A stretch of DNA of 28,169 nt from Oscillospiraceae bacterium (lineage in GTDB: Bacteria > Bacillota > Clostridia > Oscillospirales > Oscillospiraceae): assembly GCA_017558545.1 (NCBI GenBank), contig JAFYUG010000218.1:1-28169 (forward strand), given 5' to 3'. Positions 25,533 to 28,169 of this stretch are shown here, one piece after another. Position numbers and translations under genes: made by a program. The notes under the pieces were generated by a model that saw only the letters and a list, made by a program, of their open reading frames with translations, searched no databases and had not been told where the DNA came from. Numbering within the stretch: position 1 is the stretch's first letter; every line of letters starts with the position of its first letter.

Positions 25533-27038
25533 TTATTCGGTTGCCCATACAGCGGCTCGTTCCACAGCTCTTTTCCAGTCTTTGAGATACTTTGCAGCTT
25601 CGGCCTGGTCCATAGAGGGAGTGAAAATACGCTGGGACTGTCTTATAGCGCTTATATCGCTTATATCGTCCCAAACTCCGGTTGCAAGACCTGCAAGAAA
25701 AGCCGCGCCAAAGGCTGTTGTTTCAACCATTTTAGGTCTATCAATAGGCTTATTAAGGATATCGGCCTGGAATTGCATCATAACATCGCTGACAGAAGCA
25801 CCGCCATCAACCTTGAGTACAGAAAGAGATTTTCCACAATCAACTTCCATGGCATCGAGAAGGTCCTTAACCTGATAAGCAATGCCTTCTAAAGTTGCTC
25901 TGCAAATATGGGCTTTTGTGCAGCCGCGGGTAAGGCCAACAATGGTGCCTCTTGCATACATATCCCAGTGAGGAGCGCCGAGACCTGTGAATGCAGAAAT
26001 AACATATACGCCGCCGTTATCGCTGACGGTTTGAGCAAGATCGCTGCACTCTTGACTTGAGCCTATTATGCCAAGCTCATCACGAAGCCACTGAATACTG
26101 CTGCCTGCATTAAATACGCTGCCTTCGATGCAATAATTAGTTTTACCCTTAATGGACCATGCCACAGTGGTCAAGAGACCCGATACGGAGCGAACAGACT
26201 TCTCGCCTGCGTTAAGCAAGGCAAAACATCCTGTTCCGTATGTATTTTTGGCATCTCCGGGATTTATGCAGCCCTGACCAAGCAAGGCGGCTTGCTGGTC
26301 ACCGGCAATGCCGCAAATAGGAGTTCCTGCAAGGGCTGTAAGACCGGGAATTCCGCTTGCAACATAGCCATAAACCATGGAATTGGGAACAGGCTCGGGC
26401 AGCATGGACATAGGTATTCCGAGATGTCTGCATAGTCCTTCGTCCCAAGTGAGAGAATCAATGTCAAAAAGCATTGTTCTGCTGGCGTTGGTATAGTCTG
26501 TCACATGGACTTTTCCACCGGTCAAATTCCATATCAGCCAACTATCAACAGTTCCGAAAAGCAGCTCACCCTTCTCGGCTCTTGCTCTTGCGCCTTCCAC
26601 ATTATCAAGAATCCATTTGATTTTAGTTCCGGAAAAATATGCATCAATCAAAAGACCGGTTTTATCTCTGACATAGGATGCAAGACCGTCGCTTGTGAGC
26701 TTGTCGCATATAGAGGCTGTGCGTCTGCACTGCCATACAATTGCGTTATATACAGGTTTTCCGGTTTGCTTATCCCAAATAATTGTGGTTTCACGCTGGT
26801 TTGTAACGCCTATGCCGGCAATATCAGTTGCGGATAATCCACTCTTTTCAAATGCGGCAGAAAGAGCATGGAGCTGTGATGACCAAATAACCTCGGGGTC
26901 ATGTTCAACCCAACCGGGTTTGGGATATATCTGGGGGAACTGATATTGAGCAACGGTTTTAATATTGCCATGAGCATCAAATATTATTGCTCTTGAGCTG
27001 GTTGTTCCCTGGTCAAGGGCTATTACATATTGATTCAT
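25533..27038 (-). CDS. glpK: Glycerol kinase
   Basis: ALDQGTTSSRA, TNQRETT, YFSGTKIKW, GDQQAAL, KNTYGTGCF and PHWDMYARG. Confidence 0.97.
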   Translation of the reverse strand: MNQYVIALDQGTTSSRAIIFDAHGNIKTVAQYQFPQIYPKPGWVEHDPEVIWSSQLHALSAAFEKSGLSATDIAGIGVTNQRETTIIWDKQTGKPVYNAIVWQCRRTASICDKLTSDGLASYVRDKTGLLIDAYFSGTKIKWILDNVEGARARAEKGELLFGTVDSWLIWNLTGGKVHVTDYTNASRTMLFDIDSLTWDEGLCRHLGIPMSMLPEPVPNSMVYGYVASGIPGLTALAGTPICGIAGDQQAALLGQGCINPGDAKNTYGTGCFALLNAGEKSVRSVSGLLTTVAWSIKGKTNYCIEGSVFNAGSSIQWLRDELGIIGSSQECSDLAQTVSDNGGVYVISAFTGLGAPHWDMYARGTIVGLTRGCTKAHICRATLEGIAYQVKDLLDAMEVDCGKSLSVLKVDGGASVSDVMMQFQADILNKPIDRPKMVETTAFGAAFLAGLATGVWDDISDISAIRQSQRIFTPSMDQAEAAKYLKDWKRAVERAAVWATE

Positions 27039-27059
27039 AATATTACTCCCATAAGATTA

Positions 27060-27088
27060 TTGACTATGATTTAAATCTTAAATATAAT
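27060..27088 (+). promoter_or_regulatory. Sigma-A promoter of the hydrolase gene
   Basis: TTGACT-N17-TATAAT. Confidence 0.75.
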
Positions 27089-27102
27089 TGATTTACATCA
27101 AT
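27087..27102. promoter_or_regulatory. Palindromic operator ATTGAT-N4-ATCAAT (FNR-consensus-like)
   Basis: attgat-ttac-atcaat overlaps the -10 element and the expected +1. Confidence 0.55.
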
Positions 27103-27128
27103 AATAACATTTGAAGGAGGTATTTTCA

Positions 27129-28067
27129 ATGTTTCGATTTGAAGATTTCACATTTCCTTCCTCTGCGGGGAATTTGGATATTCATGTAAGGTGCTGCATA
27201 CCCGATGGACCTATAAAAGCATGTGTTCAAATTGCTCACGGAATAGCTGAGCATGCAGAGCGTTACGATGAGTTTGCCTCCTTTCTGGCCGAAAAAGGCA
27301 TCGCTGTTTATACAAATGACCATATGGGCCATGGTAAGAGCATTAATGACAGCTGGCCACTTAGCTATTTCGGAGAAGAAAATGGCTGGGAAAAGACTAT
27401 CAGGAATATGCGAAAGCTTAGAGAAATAATTATCAGCAAGCATGACGCTCTTCCCATTTATCTTTTTGGACATAGTATGGGAAGCTTTCTCGCCAGAACT
27501 TATATTATAGACTACCCTGATGATTTTACCGGAGTGATATTATCCGGAACAGGTCAGCAGCCCAAAGCCCTTGTTAAAGGCGGCAAATTGATGGCCAAAC
27601 TTGAAATAAAGAAACATGGCAGCGCATATCAAAGTCCCCTGCTTAATAATCTCGCTTTTGGCAGTTATAACAAGGCCTATGAAAATCCCGGAACGGATTA
27701 TGATTGGCTTAGCAGAGACAAGCTTTGCGTTGATAAATATATTGCCGATCCTCTTTGCGGTTTTATTCCATCTGCCGGTCTTTTTTATCAGATGATGCGA
27801 GGTATAGACTATATTACCGACGCAAAAAATCTAAAGAAAATGAACAAAAACACCCCGGTATATTTCATGTCCGGAGATGCCGATCCCGTTGGAGATAACG
27901 GTAAAGGAGTTAAAAAAGCCTATGGAAATTTTGTTTGCGCCGGCATGAAAGATGTGTCAATTCGCCTATATAAAGAAGGCCGTCATGAAATGCTCAACGA
28001 GCTAAATAAAACAGATGTATTTGATGATATTTACGAAGTTATTGCCGATTGGTCAGAGGCAAAATAA
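27129..28067 (+). CDS. Alpha/beta hydrolase (lysophospholipase / monoacylglycerol lipase family)
   Basis: SD aaggagg precedes ATG 27129. HGIAEH, DHMGHG, nucleophile GHSMG, GDADPV and RHEMLNE. Confidence 0.92.
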   Translation: MFRFEDFTFPSSAGNLDIHVRCCIPDGPIKACVQIAHGIAEHAERYDEFASFLAEKGIAVYTNDHMGHGKSINDSWPLSYFGEENGWEKTIRNMRKLREIIISKHDALPIYLFGHSMGSFLARTYIIDYPDDFTGVILSGTGQQPKALVKGGKLMAKLEIKKHGSAYQSPLLNNLAFGSYNKAYENPGTDYDWLSRDKLCVDKYIADPLCGFIPSAGLFYQMMRGIDYITDAKNLKKMNKNTPVYFMSGDADPVGDNGKGVKKAYGNFVCAGMKDVSIRLYKEGRHEMLNELNKTDVFDDIYEVIADWSEAK

Positions 28068-28121
28068 ATGAAAAATTTTGTTTGGATTACCCATAATTTT
28101 TCATACCATAATAAGGAAAAA

Positions 28122-28164
28122 TGTCGAAACAACAATTGACACTTTTTGCTCCTTAATATATAAT
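28122..28164 (+). promoter_or_regulatory. Consensus sigma-A promoter with an upstream Spo0A box, for a gene beyond the window
   Basis: TGTCGAA at 28122-28128, then exact TTGACA (28136)-N17-TATAAT (28159). Confidence 0.75.
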
Positions 28165-28169
28165 AAACA

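Noticed and set aside
28068-28139. 23-codon ORF right after the hydrolase stop
   Set aside because: It has only a weak SD, no motif, and it overlaps the next promoter.

Overview
Chromosomal window from a spore-forming Clostridia-type bacterium; Oscillospiraceae-like is my inference from gene content. Bases 1-6994 (+) hold a four-gene cell-surface cluster: (i) a 5'-truncated protein with Cys/His-rich repeats and a perfectly symmetric C-terminal dockerin, (ii) a secreted protein with cohesin-like domain(s), Ig-like repeats and an atypical dockerin, and (iii, iv) two paralogous cohesin + InlB-B-repeat proteins, one membrane-anchored and one SLH-anchored. Together they look like a cellulosome-style assembly with no catalytic module visible in the window. 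Bases 7387-23311 (-) are housekeeping and sporulation genes: DUF6873, radA, cwlD-like amidase, spoIVA, nif3, trmK, DUF1858, zinc-ribbon protein, sigH, ruvBAC, xerD, spoIIM-like, TIGR04086, yajC, tgt, queA and SpoIID/LytB. These are followed by asd-dapA (+), glpK (-) and an alpha/beta hydrolase (+). No rRNA, tRNA, CRISPR array or mobile element was seen. Smaller oddities include a cluster of dif XerD-arm motifs upstream of spoIIM-xerD, a XerD lacking the catalytic-loop Lys, a hairpin that buries an RBS, a YajC with a lipoprotein-like signal, a CTG start for dapA and an FNR-type palindrome. All domain calls come from motif recognition by eye, not database searches.
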